Assembly (NCBI GenBank): GCA_008632985.1
Contig: QPGO01000031.1
Span: 1 to 64,000, forward strand
Length of the DNA: 64,000 nucleotides
Reading direction: 5' to 3'
DNA from: Psammoneis japonica
Taxonomy: Eukaryota
Below are positions 1 through 14,234 of the stretch, piece after piece. Position numbers and translations under genes: made by a program. The number at the start of each line of letters is the position of its first letter. Position 1 is the stretch's first letter. The notes beneath the pieces were generated by a model that saw only the letters and a list, made by a program, of their open reading frames with translations, did not search any database and had not been told where the DNA came from.

Positions 1-304
1 CACTGCAGGGAACAAAAAGGCAGCGGAGTTGGTCATGTGTCATGATTTCGTGCGGTCATGTTGTGGGTGCAAGCACCGCAGATTTGCGGTCACGCAACGA
101 AATTGTTTCATGTCATCAACATTCACGTTTTTCAACATTGGGGTGGGCAGTTGACAAGATTGGATGAGCCTGACAGGAGCCAACTGGGAAGAAAATTTGG
201 CCAGAAATCCTGTGTGAAAAGGGCGCAGAAAAAGCATGGGGGCACCACTTGTCAGCAAAATGGCTGGAGTGCGTGCTGTGCACAGGGCCTCCAAGAGAAG
301 AAAT

Positions 305-739
305 GCGTCCAAATGGATGAGGTTGTTTCATGCAGTCCGTGTGCCAGGCATCTGCACGACAGGTGTGCCTGCACCATGCAGCGACAGATTTTTTTAGATT
401 TTTGCTGCATGATCCGCCATTGCATTTCCAGACTCGAGTTCTCATTTCTGCACAAAGACATTGTGACCTCCAACAGTGCTTCTTGGTAATTATGCCTGCT
501 GCAGTGACAGATTTATGATCGCGTCCAAATGGATGAGGTTGTTTTATATAGTCCGTACACCAGGTATCTACACGACAGGCATGCGGCATGCCTGCACCAT
601 GCAGTGATAGATTTTTTTAGATTTTTACTGTATGCATCCGCCATTTCCAGATTCGAGTTCTCATTTCTGCACAAAGACATTGTGACCTCTAATAGTGCTT
701 CTTGGTAATTATGCCTGCTGCGGTTAGAGATTTATGATC
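305..739 (+). repeat. Tandem duplication (~217-bp unit; copies 305-520 and 521-739) at the edge of a TpA-depleted repeat region
   Basis: Both copies begin GCGTCCAAATGGATGAGGTTGTTT and end ATTTATGATC. They differ mostly at TA (copy 2) versus CA/TG (copy 1). Confidence 0.9.
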
Positions 740-1865
740 CGCCGTGCAGTCGCGTGTATGAATGATGCGGGTCCGCTATGACTTTTTGTTTTGTGCCTGC
801 GTAGCAACCTGCTCAGCAAAAAGCTGAAGATCTTCCGCCTCTCACTTTCCCGGAGAAAGTCGTAAAACTACCGGTAAAGCCTTGCCAAGCCAAAACAACA
901 AGAGTGAGTATCTTTGATTCGTCCCATCGTCATCCCGCGTCGCTCCATTTTCTCTATGGGAAGGACAAGGGGGGTTGATTGACTGTGTTCACTCTTCCCA
1001 TTCGCACCATAATCCTTGGCCTTTCCCGGTTGGAAGCGAATAGATGTTGGTTGTTGACACGAGACTCGAGGGGAGAACGTTGATTGCTTCTTGCAGTTGA
1101 CACGAGAGTCGCGTTCCATAGCTTCTGCGGAGCTGCTCACAACTGTCTTTCGACTGCAGCATGGTCTATTGTCACCATCATATTGATAGGATCTCTCTGT
1201 CTCATTGAAAATGAACACTTCTTTGGACACGAGCGAACATCAATGTGTCATTATGCGATCGTCGTCTGTTTTCTTTCGCATGGTGATCGATCAGCCTTCG
1301 ACTCATTGGAGTCATCTCTTATGAGAGCGATCAAATTGGTAGCTCTTTTGGTGTTCACAATGAGCAATCAGCGTTCGAGTTATGAAAGTTGTCCCTCGTG
1401 TGATTGAGTGCTGTTGATGGCCGCGAGTCATGAAAATCATATTTCGTGTCTCGCTCTGCAAACTTTCGCACGAGCAGCGTGCGATTGCTTGGTATTGCAA
1501 CTGCTGGTGCAAGGTGTTCGCACTCGCGATAATCGATTGCATCAAATTTCGACTTATGAAAGTCACCCTGTTAATGTCTGATCGTATTATGTATGTACCG
1601 TACTGTTGATCGATCAGCGTTCGAGTGTTATTATGAAAGTCATTATTCCTGATTACATGTGGCCATGTGCGCGAGCTTCAGCGCGATTCGTTTGTTTTGG
1701 CGGGCTTTACGCCTTACCGCACGACGGACTACATTCGTAGCTATTCTAACTAGGAAGTTGTCGGAGACTATGCCATTATTATCATGCTGCCACAGGAGTA
1801 CTAATAAAATGCTATGGTTTCTTTCATTGCAGGAAACTGGAAATATCATCGGCTGGACATCGAGC

Positions 1866-4800
1866 ATGTTGCTTGCTTCTAGGATTGCTGTCTTAGTGCT
1901 GCTCGTTCTTCCATTCCGATGTGGCGCCAGCGCCGACAAAAGCATCCAAGTGTATGATGATGGTGCCAACCACGGCCTCACGTATGATGGAATCAATGAA
2001 GCGGCTGCGAAAGGTAGCAAAGGCAGGGAGCGTTCACCGTCGCCCAAGATGAAAAGAATGAGAGGTAGGACAGGCAAGCGTCAACCTGAACGAGCGTCCA
2101 CACCTTCTATTTTGGCTAGAGCACCACTTCGTGAGCCACGCTTCGGCCCAACCCCAATGCAGGCTCTCGAATATGGCGGAAGATTCCCGATTCCCATCCC
2201 CGTGAGTCGGAAGGCGCTTTCGCTCCTACGCTTACGCTTTACCTTTTCTTCTCTTTCGAAATTTCGAAAGCACATTGAGGAAGGCAGAGCTAATCGTAAA
2301 CAAGATGTGGTTGTAAAGGTAACTGGAAGAGATGTCTGGGATTTCAACATTCCTAAGAAAGTGTCTGCCACTTTTCGTTTAAAAGAGAAGAACAGTACTG
2401 CTGAAGTATCAGTGCAGGGTCAAACCAAAATTTTTGGCTCCCTAGATATACGAGGGCTCCTTGTCACTTTCGGAGAAGGCAACGGTTTCGTAAATGTGAC
2501 GAACGGTGGTGAGTATCTTCAGTTGGTGCCCCGACAACATCATGTGTGTGGGGTGTTGTATGGTGACTCAATTCTTTCTTTCGCTCTCTACCTTCCTATT
2601 CTGGTAAGGCAAACTGAAGTTTATAAATTCGCAACTGGATAGCTTCGACGAATGTCCTATAGGCATGGTAGACAGTGCTACGGGTTCCTGCGTCGCAGTG
2701 ACACCAATTTCCTACCTTTCAGGGGAAGCACAGGAGGGTTGTACTGAAACCTATGGTGATGGGATGTTCAATCTTTTGGCTCCTCAAGACGAGTTCGCTG
2801 GAGCAGGGCGACTCCTTCTGCCGGGTGAAAAGGTGTGGGTGCATCCCTCTGGCGCTACTGCCAGCTGCTCAGTCATGGAGAGAAATGGCTCCATGGTTGA
2901 ATACCAAGACACACAAGAGGATGAAACCCCATGCGAGAACGATCTACTTTCTGCAATGTGTGTTACCCCTTTGACGGAAAAGATCGTTTCACTGGGAAGC
3001 TTGTCTTTTGTTAGTACCACGAAGATCTACGAGAATCTCCGAGAGTTCCACACTGTTTTAGCCGCCCCGAGAGAAGATGGCGTTGTGGTCGCCGTCCGTC
3101 AAAAAGATGTTGCTGATGAAAATCAGGAGAGTCTATTGTTTCCAATGATGGAGAAACAAGTGGACTGGATCGACGTGAATGTTGATCTTGTGAAAGGAGA
3201 AGATTCTGTCCTGCAGGTGGCTCTCGAAAGATACGGTATTGATGATGATGCACCGTTCTCGTTCCCTTACTCTCACGATGATCCTCGTCTACCATCCAAG
3301 CTCCATATTCACGCCAGTGGAGCGGTATGCATTTCGAAGGTGGAGCTTCGTGTTCGAGAAGAGAACGGGGAAGGTTCGACGATCATTCGAATCCCAGCCA
3401 GTCTTTTCCTAGACTGCGTTGACTTGAACGTTTGTAGCAGCAGAGACGAGTCTACGTGTGGCCATAGTCTCCTGTATTACAATGAAGAAGAGAATTGCAT
3501 TCAGCTGGATGTAGAAGACCCAAAGTTCCCAAGGGATCTGGCTCTGAACCTCTTTGAGAAAGGCTGCTCGCGACTTTCCACCTACAGCCACCCAGAACTC
3601 GGGAGTCCTTTCATGCTGGAGATAGATTCCGTCAACAGCGACGGCGATCCGGTGAAGATTGAAGAACGAGCCTCAGGAATCGGTAATCGTCATCGATACA
3701 CATTGACCAATCCGACACCTTTCAATAACATATTTGGCTCTGGACACCGTTCCAGCGTGGAGCTTTTTGAGAGTTATTCTCTACCATTGCTTTTCCGGAT
3801 GTGGGGAGGTGTCGGTTACAACGTTCGTCGTCTAAAAATCACTCGATACGGACGGGCTGTGATGTCTCTCAACTTTGCAGAGGCATGGGAATGTATCAAT
3901 GTGTGTTTCACCATGGCTAACAACGAAGGACTTTTGCTGGGAGAGAGTCATACGGCTGAAGCATATGTGAATCTTGCCGCAAGCACAGAATGTGACAAGA
4001 TTGAGCTCCTTTTGCGTGCTTCGGGAGAGACAGGACGCTCTGCCTGCACCAGCGAGCCTTTCGTGGTTACAGACAAACGTGGCTTAGTGTCTCTGGTCCG
4101 AGAGCTAACACACATTAACGCGCGAGACGAAAACCCAAAGTACCGAACCTTGCACGGGATACTCGCACTACAGGATAATGTAAAAACCGATGCGACTCTC
4201 GAGGTCGCTTCCAATCGCGGGTTGATTCTCGAGGCTGACAAATCTTTTGGGATCAAATTTGGCATTACGCGTGTCTTTCCTCGCGGCGAATTGTCTTTGC
4301 ATGGTCTGAAACTCACGGGCGCCTCGAGGATTGAGGTAGACCCTTCCGGGATATTGGCAATTGATGATTGCCACATCACTTCTGATGCGGATAGTTTCTT
4401 GACTAACCGTGGAGATTCCACTATTTCTTTCAGCACACTCGACGGAGATACGCTTGTCGAGAATAGTGAGGGTGGCACTCTAGGTTTGCATTCAAGCAAC
4501 TTTCTCGAAAACAGCGCCATCGTTGGTCCAGCAGACAAAGGTGGCTCAATCGTGGTATCCCAAAGCAAATTCTATGAGACATTTGGATCCATCCTTTCGC
4601 TTCCTGGAGTCCATATCGAGGACGCAACTCGATCCTATTCCCTTGTTGATGACAGTCACCGTTTCTGTAGAGGGACAGACGAACCAGAGGGAAATACGAC
4701 GGCGGATTTGGAGGAATGTACTCAGCTTTGTGAAAAGTCTGATGACTGCCTCGGATTTATCGTTTCGTCTGACGCTTCCGTCGACTCATGCGGTCTATGT

Positions 4801-7800
4801 TTGGGTGAAAGACCTTGCTCTTTCGACTGCTCTTCCTCTTTTTACTACCTGGCCGAGACCAACCGCTTGTTCGGTTCCGTGTCTGCTTGTGAGGACAGAT
4901 CGCGTGTATTTCAAACCTTCAAAGATGTGACCCCTGCTGAGTGCAAGGCTCTTTGTTCATCATACACCGACTGCGATGGGTTTCATCTTTCTAGTTCTCC
5001 CAGGAGTTGTGAACTAGTGACAGACCTGGATTTGTCTTTTTCTTGCATCAGCACTAGCCGAGTTACAGTGTCCATTCCTGCCATCCCCAATGCCCAAGGA
5101 TTCTTACATGTTCCGGGGGCATCCGTAGGTACGGCTGAAAACGAATTTCTACATTTGAATGAGGAACAGTGTGCTGGTGTCTGCATGAAATTTGACTGCT
5201 CGGCGTTCATCAGTGGAGACAGTTGCAAGGCTCTCACTAGCACGGGGGCTCGCCTTACGGGGTCTCGCCTCCTGGGGGGGGGGGTGAAGGACTGTATTTG
5301 CCCGTGTCGAATGCCGTATTCCCGAGGAAGAGGTTCACGCAAGTGAAAGTATGTTCCTTTCCCAGCTCCTATCTTTTCCTGCCTTCGAAATCCATCTCAA
5401 GCTGCTGGGACGAGTGTGTACAAGACGTAACTTGTATGGGTACCGCCTTTCATCCAGAAGGACCCGGAGGAAAGGGGGTCTGTCACCTCTTCGATAAACA
5501 CTCTGTAACTGACGTTCTTGCTACTGCACCAGGAAACTGTGTAGAGGGAGACGTCGAAATCTCGATCGTTTATGGTGTTGATTCGTATGGCCCAAAATAC
5601 AGTTTCGATGCTGCAGCGCTCCATCAATTTGATGGCCCGTCCGAAAGTGAATGCGGAGCAATATGCTTGTACTTTAAGGACGATTGCCTGGCGTTGAAAT
5701 ACAAGAGTTGGGACAACGAAACGCAGAGCTCACTCTGTACGATTGTGTCACCCCCAGTTGGAGTCGCCCAAGACGTTGCGGTCGACAATGCTTTTGCTCT
5801 TCAGTTCGAATCGAATAATCAGATTGGTTCTTCGTACCTATCGCTTTCGGTGTGTTGCCAGTCTTACGAATCATCGGTTCGTATTCAGCCGGTTGCTGTA
5901 GAGCAATCCCGTGGCTTCTTCCGATTTGGAAAGACGTGCACAACAAATACTGCTACGTTTCCGGGTGCTTCCTTGACAACAGCAACTGTCCCCGACTGTG
6001 CAATGGCATGTGAATCGAAAGGCCCCGAATGCAGTGGCTTTGCGTTTTATGGAGATTCGTGTCAACTGCTTTCGTCGAATAATGAGTTCTCGTTCACTGA
6101 CTGTGGAGAGCAAGCCACAGATACGTACGTTAGAGGCGAGGTTGGGGTTGTATGCGAAAGTCTGTGCAACGCCGATGAGGCTTGCCAAGCCTATACCTTT
6201 GACGAAGAAGGGTGCGAACTTCATTCCTCCCTTGCGCTTCTCCGCGATTGCCCAAGCGACAATAGCCCCCGGAACGTTCGCGTGGCTGTTGACGGCTCCC
6301 AGAAGCAATTTGTCAACGTCGAAAACAGTTGCTTTGTTCCATTTGAAGACGGGTTGATTCAAACCATTGAAGGAATGAACTTGGAAGAATGCAAACAGGT
6401 GATTATTTTCCCTTCGTTCTCGGTCTCCATGTCGTCTCCAAATCTGATCTCACTCAATTATCTCTCGTGCTGTAGGAATGCTTCAAGGACAGCCATTGCG
6501 AAGCGCTTGTATTGAGCGAAACAGGCGAGTGTACCCTACGATCATCCGCTTTGTTCGAGAGCTGCAGCAATCCAGCAGGCGAGGCGTATATTCGCACATT
6601 TGACCGTTACTATGAAGCACCAAAAACATTCCTTTATGACTCAGAATTCTTCACAACAACGACTGACGTCGTTGAGGAGTGCCAGGTACGTTGGCAGCCA
6701 AAGCATGCTTTCCGTTTCCAATCCCTTGCTGACATTGGAAAATTCTTTGCTACAAGGTGCTGTGTGAGGCATTTTATGACTGCCTCGCCATTGACTATCT
6801 CGGCGACCTCCAGGCGACTGAGAACTGCGTTCTGTTGACGGGGTCGCCTGTAGCTGGAGCCGCCGCAGATGAAGACACCACTGTTCTTATAGCAAATGAC
6901 CAAGCTCCATTTGTGCAGGGATTCTCCCCGGGATATGACATGCCATTGGCCACTTTTGAAGACCTGTACTTGCGCCAGTGCCAAATGCTTTGCGTGAAGC
7001 ACGACCAATGCGGATCGGTGAAATACGAAGCTCGCACGTGCTCTCTTCATCGCGATGTTGCGTTCGCAGACACATCGAAACAGGTGGTGCCCTCGTCGTT
7101 CTATAGTGACATGCGTCAGTTCAAAGACGTGAATGTACGCAAGTTCGCCGTTGCGAGTGGCCTATGTGCCTCCGCTGACGAATTATACCAGGTTGGAGAT
7201 CCGCTATCTGCCCAGAGCCCAAACGAATGTGCGTTGAAATGCAGTTCGCATCCCGAGTGCGAGATCTTTACCTACGGTGATACGAATACAAGGTGTCTTT
7301 TGTACAATGAGAAGACAATGCTGCAGGGATCCTGCCTTACCGCCAGTGAAACAACGTTTGTCATGTACACTCCTGCTGCCTTTACAGAATATGAAGGCGC
7401 GTGTGTAGACACGACAACAGATGGCCATGAGTTGCAGGGCCAGTCGCTTGCGTCCTGCGCAACACTCTGCTCCAAAGATTCTCTCTGCGGCTCATTCATC
7501 ATTAATGAGAACACTGGATATTGCAGACTTTTGCACACCGCGATTTCTTTCGAGGACGACAGCTGCAGCGACGATCTATCTGGAAAGCTGTACAAGTACT
7601 ACAGCGAGTATGACTTTGTGAAGCTACCGTCCACCTTTTGTGCTGTCGCCAACTCAGAAATAACCTTGGTAGAAGATACTCCCCTAGAATTGTGCAAGGC
7701 GATTTGTGACAAGCACGAAGAGTGCGTTTCGTTGGAGCATCATGCGGATGGTAGGTGCGGGCTATTTCGCTCCAACGATATTTCCGTTCCTTGCCAGCAA

Positions 7801-10800
7801 AATGATGACAGAGTACAATATCTCTCGTACAAGTACCTGAAGGAGAGACCAGAATTCTTGTACTCTGAGCTGTTTGCTTGCTTTGACATTACTTCGGTTT
7901 CATCTACGGGAACTATTGCATCTTGCCAAGACGGCTGCTCGAATCTGGCTACATGTCTCGGGTTCCAATACAATACAGATTCTTCGTCTTGCGCCCTTCT
8001 GGAATCGACTTTACCAGAAACCCGCGACTGTACCAAAAGCGAGGTATCCTATGTTCGCAAAGATTCAAACTCCTACCGTCTCATGGACAATGCCTGTCCA
8101 CGCAGCTCGATTTCGCTCCCGTCTAGGATAATGGGTGTCACCGATCGTGAGTGTATGGCTCTTTGTGATTCACATCCGTTCTGTCGACAGTTTTATCTCG
8201 GCGTCATCGATGTCACTTCACCGGTGAATGAATGCGTTCTGTTCAAGGGTAAGTGCGTGTCTCAGTGGTTCTTTTTATGGCGCGAATCTTTGTCTTTAAT
8301 TACTCAAGCTGCTCTTTTTAATTGTAGTTCATGAAGTAGCCCCGGACGACTGCTCCGAATACGAAGGGCCTTACGCTAATGTATCACTCGCCGTTAAAGT
8401 TCCAGCTTATAAAGACATTGTTTCCTATTTTGGTGAGCCAGAAACAACTCTTGCAGTGGTGGAAGGGGCGGATTATGAAGATTGTGCATTCCTTTGTGAT
8501 GCTATGGAGGACTGTGGTGCCTTCCTGCACACCTGGAACTATCGGCGTTTCTCGGCCGCCCAGAAACCATTAATGTTCACCAGCGACCGCATACATGCCC
8601 GTTCAGAATTGAGTGAGACGTTTAATTATTATCTTACAAAACTCAAGGTTCCTTTCGCAGGTTTTCTGCAATTTAAGAACGGCCGGCCGGTTATCGCGCA
8701 GAGCGAAAGTGACGATGATACTCTCGATCAGACACTCGCCCTGGAAAACGTTGACGGAGGATTTCACATTCGGTTTTGGAAGGCGAGTAACAAGTGCATT
8801 GGAGGTGACAATGTCGAGATGCTCGAGCGCGGGGATGCACGAGAATGGGTCGAACGCAACTTCCGGTTGACGCCTTTTTGCCAAAAACTGAAAGCTGTGC
8901 CTTGCGACTCGTCTAATGCTTTTGTATTTCGTGAGGTGCCTGCAGCACATGGAGTGGCATTTGAATATAATGTTCCGGGGAAGCAACATCTTGTCGGATG
9001 TTTGAGATTGAGAGCAAAAGATTCGACAGAAGCCGGCTGGGATCTCAATCTGAATGAAAGTGTATCAATCGCGCGCGGTGAAGAAGGGTATCGGCGGTTC
9101 CCTCCAGACGAGGTCCATCGTCTTCTGAAAGAAATGCGAGACTATTTTAAGGATGAATGTAAGACTCATGGAAATGATAGGTTTGTAAGGGAGGTTTATT
9201 CGAGTACATATTCGAGTGGCTGCGGGGATTTCCCTGGTCTCAGTAAGTACCGGACTGTTGATAATAAACGGACTTTCTATTTTACCTTGAAATGACTGAT
9301 AAATGTTTGCTGCCTTGTTTGACAACTACGCGGCAGGCGAACCATTCATCAAGTCAATGGACGAGTCTCTTTTCTCTTTTTCTAGTAACCCCACCCGTCT
9401 CTATAATCGAGAACGACGAGACTGCCTGGGCGATGACCTGAAGTTGAAATCGTGTGGCGGTGAGCCACATTGGGTTCATGACTTTGACACTGGTTTCGTC
9501 TACAATCCTGAAATTGAAGACATTGAGGAAAAATTCTTCACGGGCAAAAGAGTAAAGCGACGATGCATCACACGGTTGGAAGACAACAAAGTGGGTTTGA
9601 AAGAATGTGAACTCGGCTCAACGAAACAACGTTGGGAATACGATAGTCTGAATGATCAGCTTGTTGATCCTTCTTCACCATCAAGCTGCCTTATAGCTGG
9701 TTCCTCTGCCCAGCTCGGGTCTTGTTCTACAGCCGGTGCGGTTTGGTTACTGTACTCAAAATGTAAGCTGAGTACGTACGCCCGAACGAAGTCAATAATG
9801 CTGGAAGACGCTGTTAAGGACGGTTTCTGCATATCTTCGGATGCCTCTGATTTGGTGCCGTGTGTAAAGGGTGTAGCTGGAGAGTGGAAGTATTACTATG
9901 ACGGGAACTTTCCTCGACTACAAAAGGCTGGTACCACGAAGTGTCTGGGCAGGAAGTTCAATGGTATAGATGACGAGCTCACCTCTCGTCCAACCGGCTT
10001 GGTATCGTGCGATTTGGAAGACTCGTCAATTCCGTCGCCATATTATCGATGGACCGTCAGTGGTAAGAACTACAATGTGTTTAGATTCGATCACAACAGC
10101 AGCGACTACTGCTTGCGCATTCCTGACGTTGGAAACAAGCAGTCTTTATGCAAGAATAGCGGAAATCAATCGTGGCGAAAGTTTAGCTCGAATAAACGAG
10201 ACGATGCTACGGAAATGTCCATTCTTCCTTCTCGGCTATTACAGAAGATAAACGATCCCGAGGCTTATTTTCAGAAATTCTTGTTCACTGCGGAAGGGGA
10301 GTCATCTCGCCAAGTACGAGCTCTGTATCTAAGTCTAAAGCAACGCGTGGATGTGATGCTGCCTCTAGTCAAGAGTGCTGCAGAGTCGACCGTAAGTCGC
10401 CTTAAATTCTTTTCGTTTCAGACACAAATACGAGCTAACCTTTTTGCGGCTTGGGATGATCCTCTCTCTGATGAGATAGGAATTGACCTTGCGAGACATT
10501 GTTGCAGTTGATGGAGTCATGGAACGTCAAGTCGAAAAGCTGGAAGAATTAGTCGTCAATATGGAGGCTACGGAAGCCGGCATCCTCCTCGCCGAGGCAT
10601 TGCCGAAAGTAGGTCCTACCGTGAAGAGCACGAAAATCAGAATGAATCTCAGCAACGTTCGCAAGAAGCTCGCCCAGGCTGAGGATAGGCTCCAAGAAGC
10701 GCGTTCAAAGATATCTATATTCTCCGAACCCCTGGAAGCGATCCCAACGTCGCTGTATCTTCTTGCAGACGTAATGGAAAATACAGTTCCCAAAGTGGGT

Positions 10801-13800
10801 AGCGTCATTGATTTCTGTACCAGGTATTCATCATGTGCGTATCAAGATGATAGACTTGCTTTGTTCGATCGACTACAGAGTTGGTTGGCATTAGCTCAAA
10901 ATGCAATAGGAGTCGCAAACGCTGCTCAAGATGACATTTTTGACGTGGCAAACAGTATTATCGCCCTTCGAAGTCAAGTCGCGGACCTTCTCTCCGATGC
11001 AGACGCTATCGCTAGTGTCTCTGGACGGTTGACCACGGCACTGTCCAGTCTTGCGTTCATTCGCAAGCTGGTAGAATACAAGATTACCGTTAAGACTGTG
11101 AGAGTGAACAAGAACTTGAAGGTAGGTGAAGAAATGATATTATTATTCACAACAGAAATCGCCTACAATTAAATTCTGCGGTCGTCTCTACCTATTGTTG
11201 CTTCACTCCCAGGTAAAATTCAAGAAGACTAACATTGCATTGAAAAGCATCGCAAATTTGATAAAAGATGTCGAAAAGCTTGTCAAAAAGATCCCCGGAA
11301 CCGGGAAAGTCAAGAGAGAGGTGGAAGGCTTCACTCCGTCTCAGATACGAAAACTCTTACCTGTGAGTCTAGTTCCAACGATTCCCGATCTCGGGCTCAC
11401 AATAAATGTATTAGACGTGAACCAGATAGATGAGTGGTTGGCGTCTCTGTCAGAGAAGGTGTTGGTGTTCCGCACTCTCCCGGATTTGCAGGGGGGACCG
11501 ATGGACTTCCTTTCGGATTCGTTTCCAAGCATGTTCCAGCGATTGCCATTTGCTTTGCAGCCACCCAACTGCATGGTTTCCGACGGCGATGATGTTTCCG
11601 CTATGTTCGACTGCTTTGGCGAAACATTTGGAATGAAGCTGCTTCCTGATTGGGACAAAAACAATAGCTTATCCGTTGTGAATTTTCAGGGCGAGGATTT
11701 GATCCCGCCTCTGGGTATTACCGAATCCGTCGAAAACATATTTGGAAATATACAGTTTGTCGAGACCGCCATAGAAGAGCTGATTGAAGGAGGCTTCGAA
11801 TGCAAGCAATATGCTTATGTTCCCGCGAGTTTCGCCCAAACCATCCGCGAGAGCCTGTAAGTGTTGGATACTCTCGCGGCACCGCGACTGTCGGCCTCGT
11901 TTTCTCACTGACGACCTGTTGTCCTCCATCTTTTGAAATAGTGGCTTGAACGAATCTGACTTTATCTGCCCCGACTGTATCACAAACATACGAATGTGCA
12001 TCGAACCTGAATTCCTTGCTCTAAACAATTTCATGGGAAAGATTTCACCGACTGTCGAGCAGCTTGTTGATTTTGTAGGACGCAGACGACGATTGGGTGG
12101 CGGTGGCACTTGTAACTTTGGGGTCGAAATTCCATTCCACAGCATTGGCATGATGAGGCTTGCAAAGCTATTTACCGCTGTTGGCTCGGGCTCGAATTAC
12201 GCCAAGCTCCATGGCCACGACACAAGGCTACTAAAAATTTTCTGGAAAAGAGCAATGGCAAAGGTCACTCGTGAGCCTGGAGACTTCCGGCACTTCCATC
12301 TTTCCAAAAATATATCTGGGACAGAATTCAGTGCTGAAGTTGACCTTTTCGATCCCCTAGTGTCGCTTGGTAGGTGTATTAAGACTCCTCTGCTGATTTA
12401 TCCCTGCCATTTCATCTTATGGTTGTTGCCTTTCCTCCTGTAGTGGTCGGATGCGGCGAGGATTACTTGAGCTCAGGTAATAGCCGCCCTCAAGTGAAGC
12501 TGAAATTTGGGCCGTTTCTAAAAGTCGGTTTTGGCGCACTTTGGAGGGCCAATCGTAAGTCTTTACACGACCTGTTACCAATCTTTTGCCAAGTCCGCTA
12601 GCCTACTCATTCGCTGTTTCGAACTCTCATTCGCACAGCTGGAACGCAAGCAGTGAAGTGGGCGACTGATGACGCATTCAAGAACAAAAACGTTGACGTA
12701 GACTTTTTGGATCAAGCGAGAGTCATTTACTGCAAGATTCAGTTCATGCTCGCGACAAACTTAGGTATGGTGCAGTTGCTTATTTGAATTTTTTGTGATG
12801 TGCCATGAGAGATATACTAACTATGTTCATAATGTCCACTAAGTGTATGAGGGGGAACGAGGGTCTAGCAAGGAACAAGAGTCTGAAAAGCCGTCATACA
12901 GGAATGTCTTTGGTGAGTTGCACTGATACGTTTTATTGCGATGCGCCGTAAGTGTTGTGCTAACTATGTCCCCTTTAGTGGACGAGGTTTCGGATGCGGA
13001 CGGGGATGACGGGGAACAAGGGTCTGACACGACGAACTACAAGGAGGCCATGGGTGATGTCCTGAGAGAGGTCCAGGGCGAAGGTGGATTCTTAGATGAG
13101 ATGAACCAGCACACTGGAAGAGTGCGACACCTCCTCACCTCCACCATAATTAAAAGCGAAGAGCAATGGAAAGAACGTTCTTCTGCCGATGTAGCAATGC
13201 GACTCAGATATTTTCTGCTTGGTTTTTACGATGACTACTTGAAAGATCCAGACAACAAGAAGAAGATATCCACGGACTTCACCAGGCTGCAAGACCGTGT
13301 TGACATGCTCTACAAGAAGGACATTGACATGCGTGCCTCATTGCATTCGTTGATCATCAAATTTCACATTGCAGATGGAACCACGTGGGTCAAGAAGAAA
13401 GACGTCGCCGGGTGCGTTTGTGCTGCAACATCTAATACTTGGTATGTGTAGCTTTTCACTTTTCTAACTTTGCGTGGTGTTCTTATAGCTTCTTCCAAGC
13501 GTACTACCCTGAAGGGAAGAGCTGTGCGGGAGTTGTGGACTTGGTAAGTCCTAGGAAAAAGGCAGCTCAAGAGAAAGGTTTATTTAATAAAGTCGAGGAG
13601 ACTACCAAGTATGTTAATAAAGTCTACCAAAGTATTGGCATACAGCCAAAGGGCTTTGCGAGCCTTATGGGTGGAAAAACCGATTTCCGTCTTATACGTG
13701 AGCGCGTCACTGGTAAAATGAAATGGGAACAAAATTTTATTTCGCTTGGCATCGCAAATCCGTTTTGGAGTGGCAACAAATGGTAAGGTAATGTTGTCGT

Positions 13801-14234
13801 TTCCACGCGAGGACAGAGCTGTGATTAACCACATGGACTTCTCCTTTGAAAAACACAGGAATGATGCAGTCAAGATAGCGACGAGAGCCGTTGTCTTCGT
13901 AGGACAAATCTGGATTTTTGCAAAAAACGTTGGTAAAGACTACATCACGGCAAAAGACAACTTAGTCCACACTAAGGCCGAAAGTTTAGTTGATGCAATG
14001 AAACTAGTGAATAAAGGCGACGACAGGTGGATTGACAACAAGAAAGCGCTGAGTCTTGCTTTCTATCAACGGGTCGGTGTCGAAATTGAGTCCTCCTTCT
14101 ATTTCATGTCACTCAATTTGTTGAGAGATGAGACTGATCCAAAAGAACCATCAACAAAAACACCAGCGGAGGGCACTTGGTGCAATGGCCCTTTTTGCGT
14201 GACTGATGGAACTGGCATTATTGACTACAAGTAG
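1866..14234 (+). CDS. Giant multi-exon secreted Cys-rich protein: beta-helix-like segment, many PAN/apple-like repeats, ricin-B-lectin-like repeats, coiled-coil/helical C-terminal part
   Basis: Signal-peptide-like MLLASRIAVLVLLVLPFRCGASA at 1866. Consecutive + ORFs are linked by short GT..AG introns (approx. 6399-6475, 8249-8326, 9243-9336, 11857-11941). Repeated C-x3-C-x5-C-x2-F/Y-x-C-x-L apple pattern; QRW/QSW and CL..C lectin pattern at 9340-10200. Frameshift at G11 run 5274-5284. Exact exon structure is approximate. Confidence 0.7.

Noticed and set aside
868..1640. Short ORFs and GATCAGCGTTCGAGT-like mini-repeats upstream of the large gene
   Set aside because: No recognisable protein motif, and the repeats are too short and irregular to assign.
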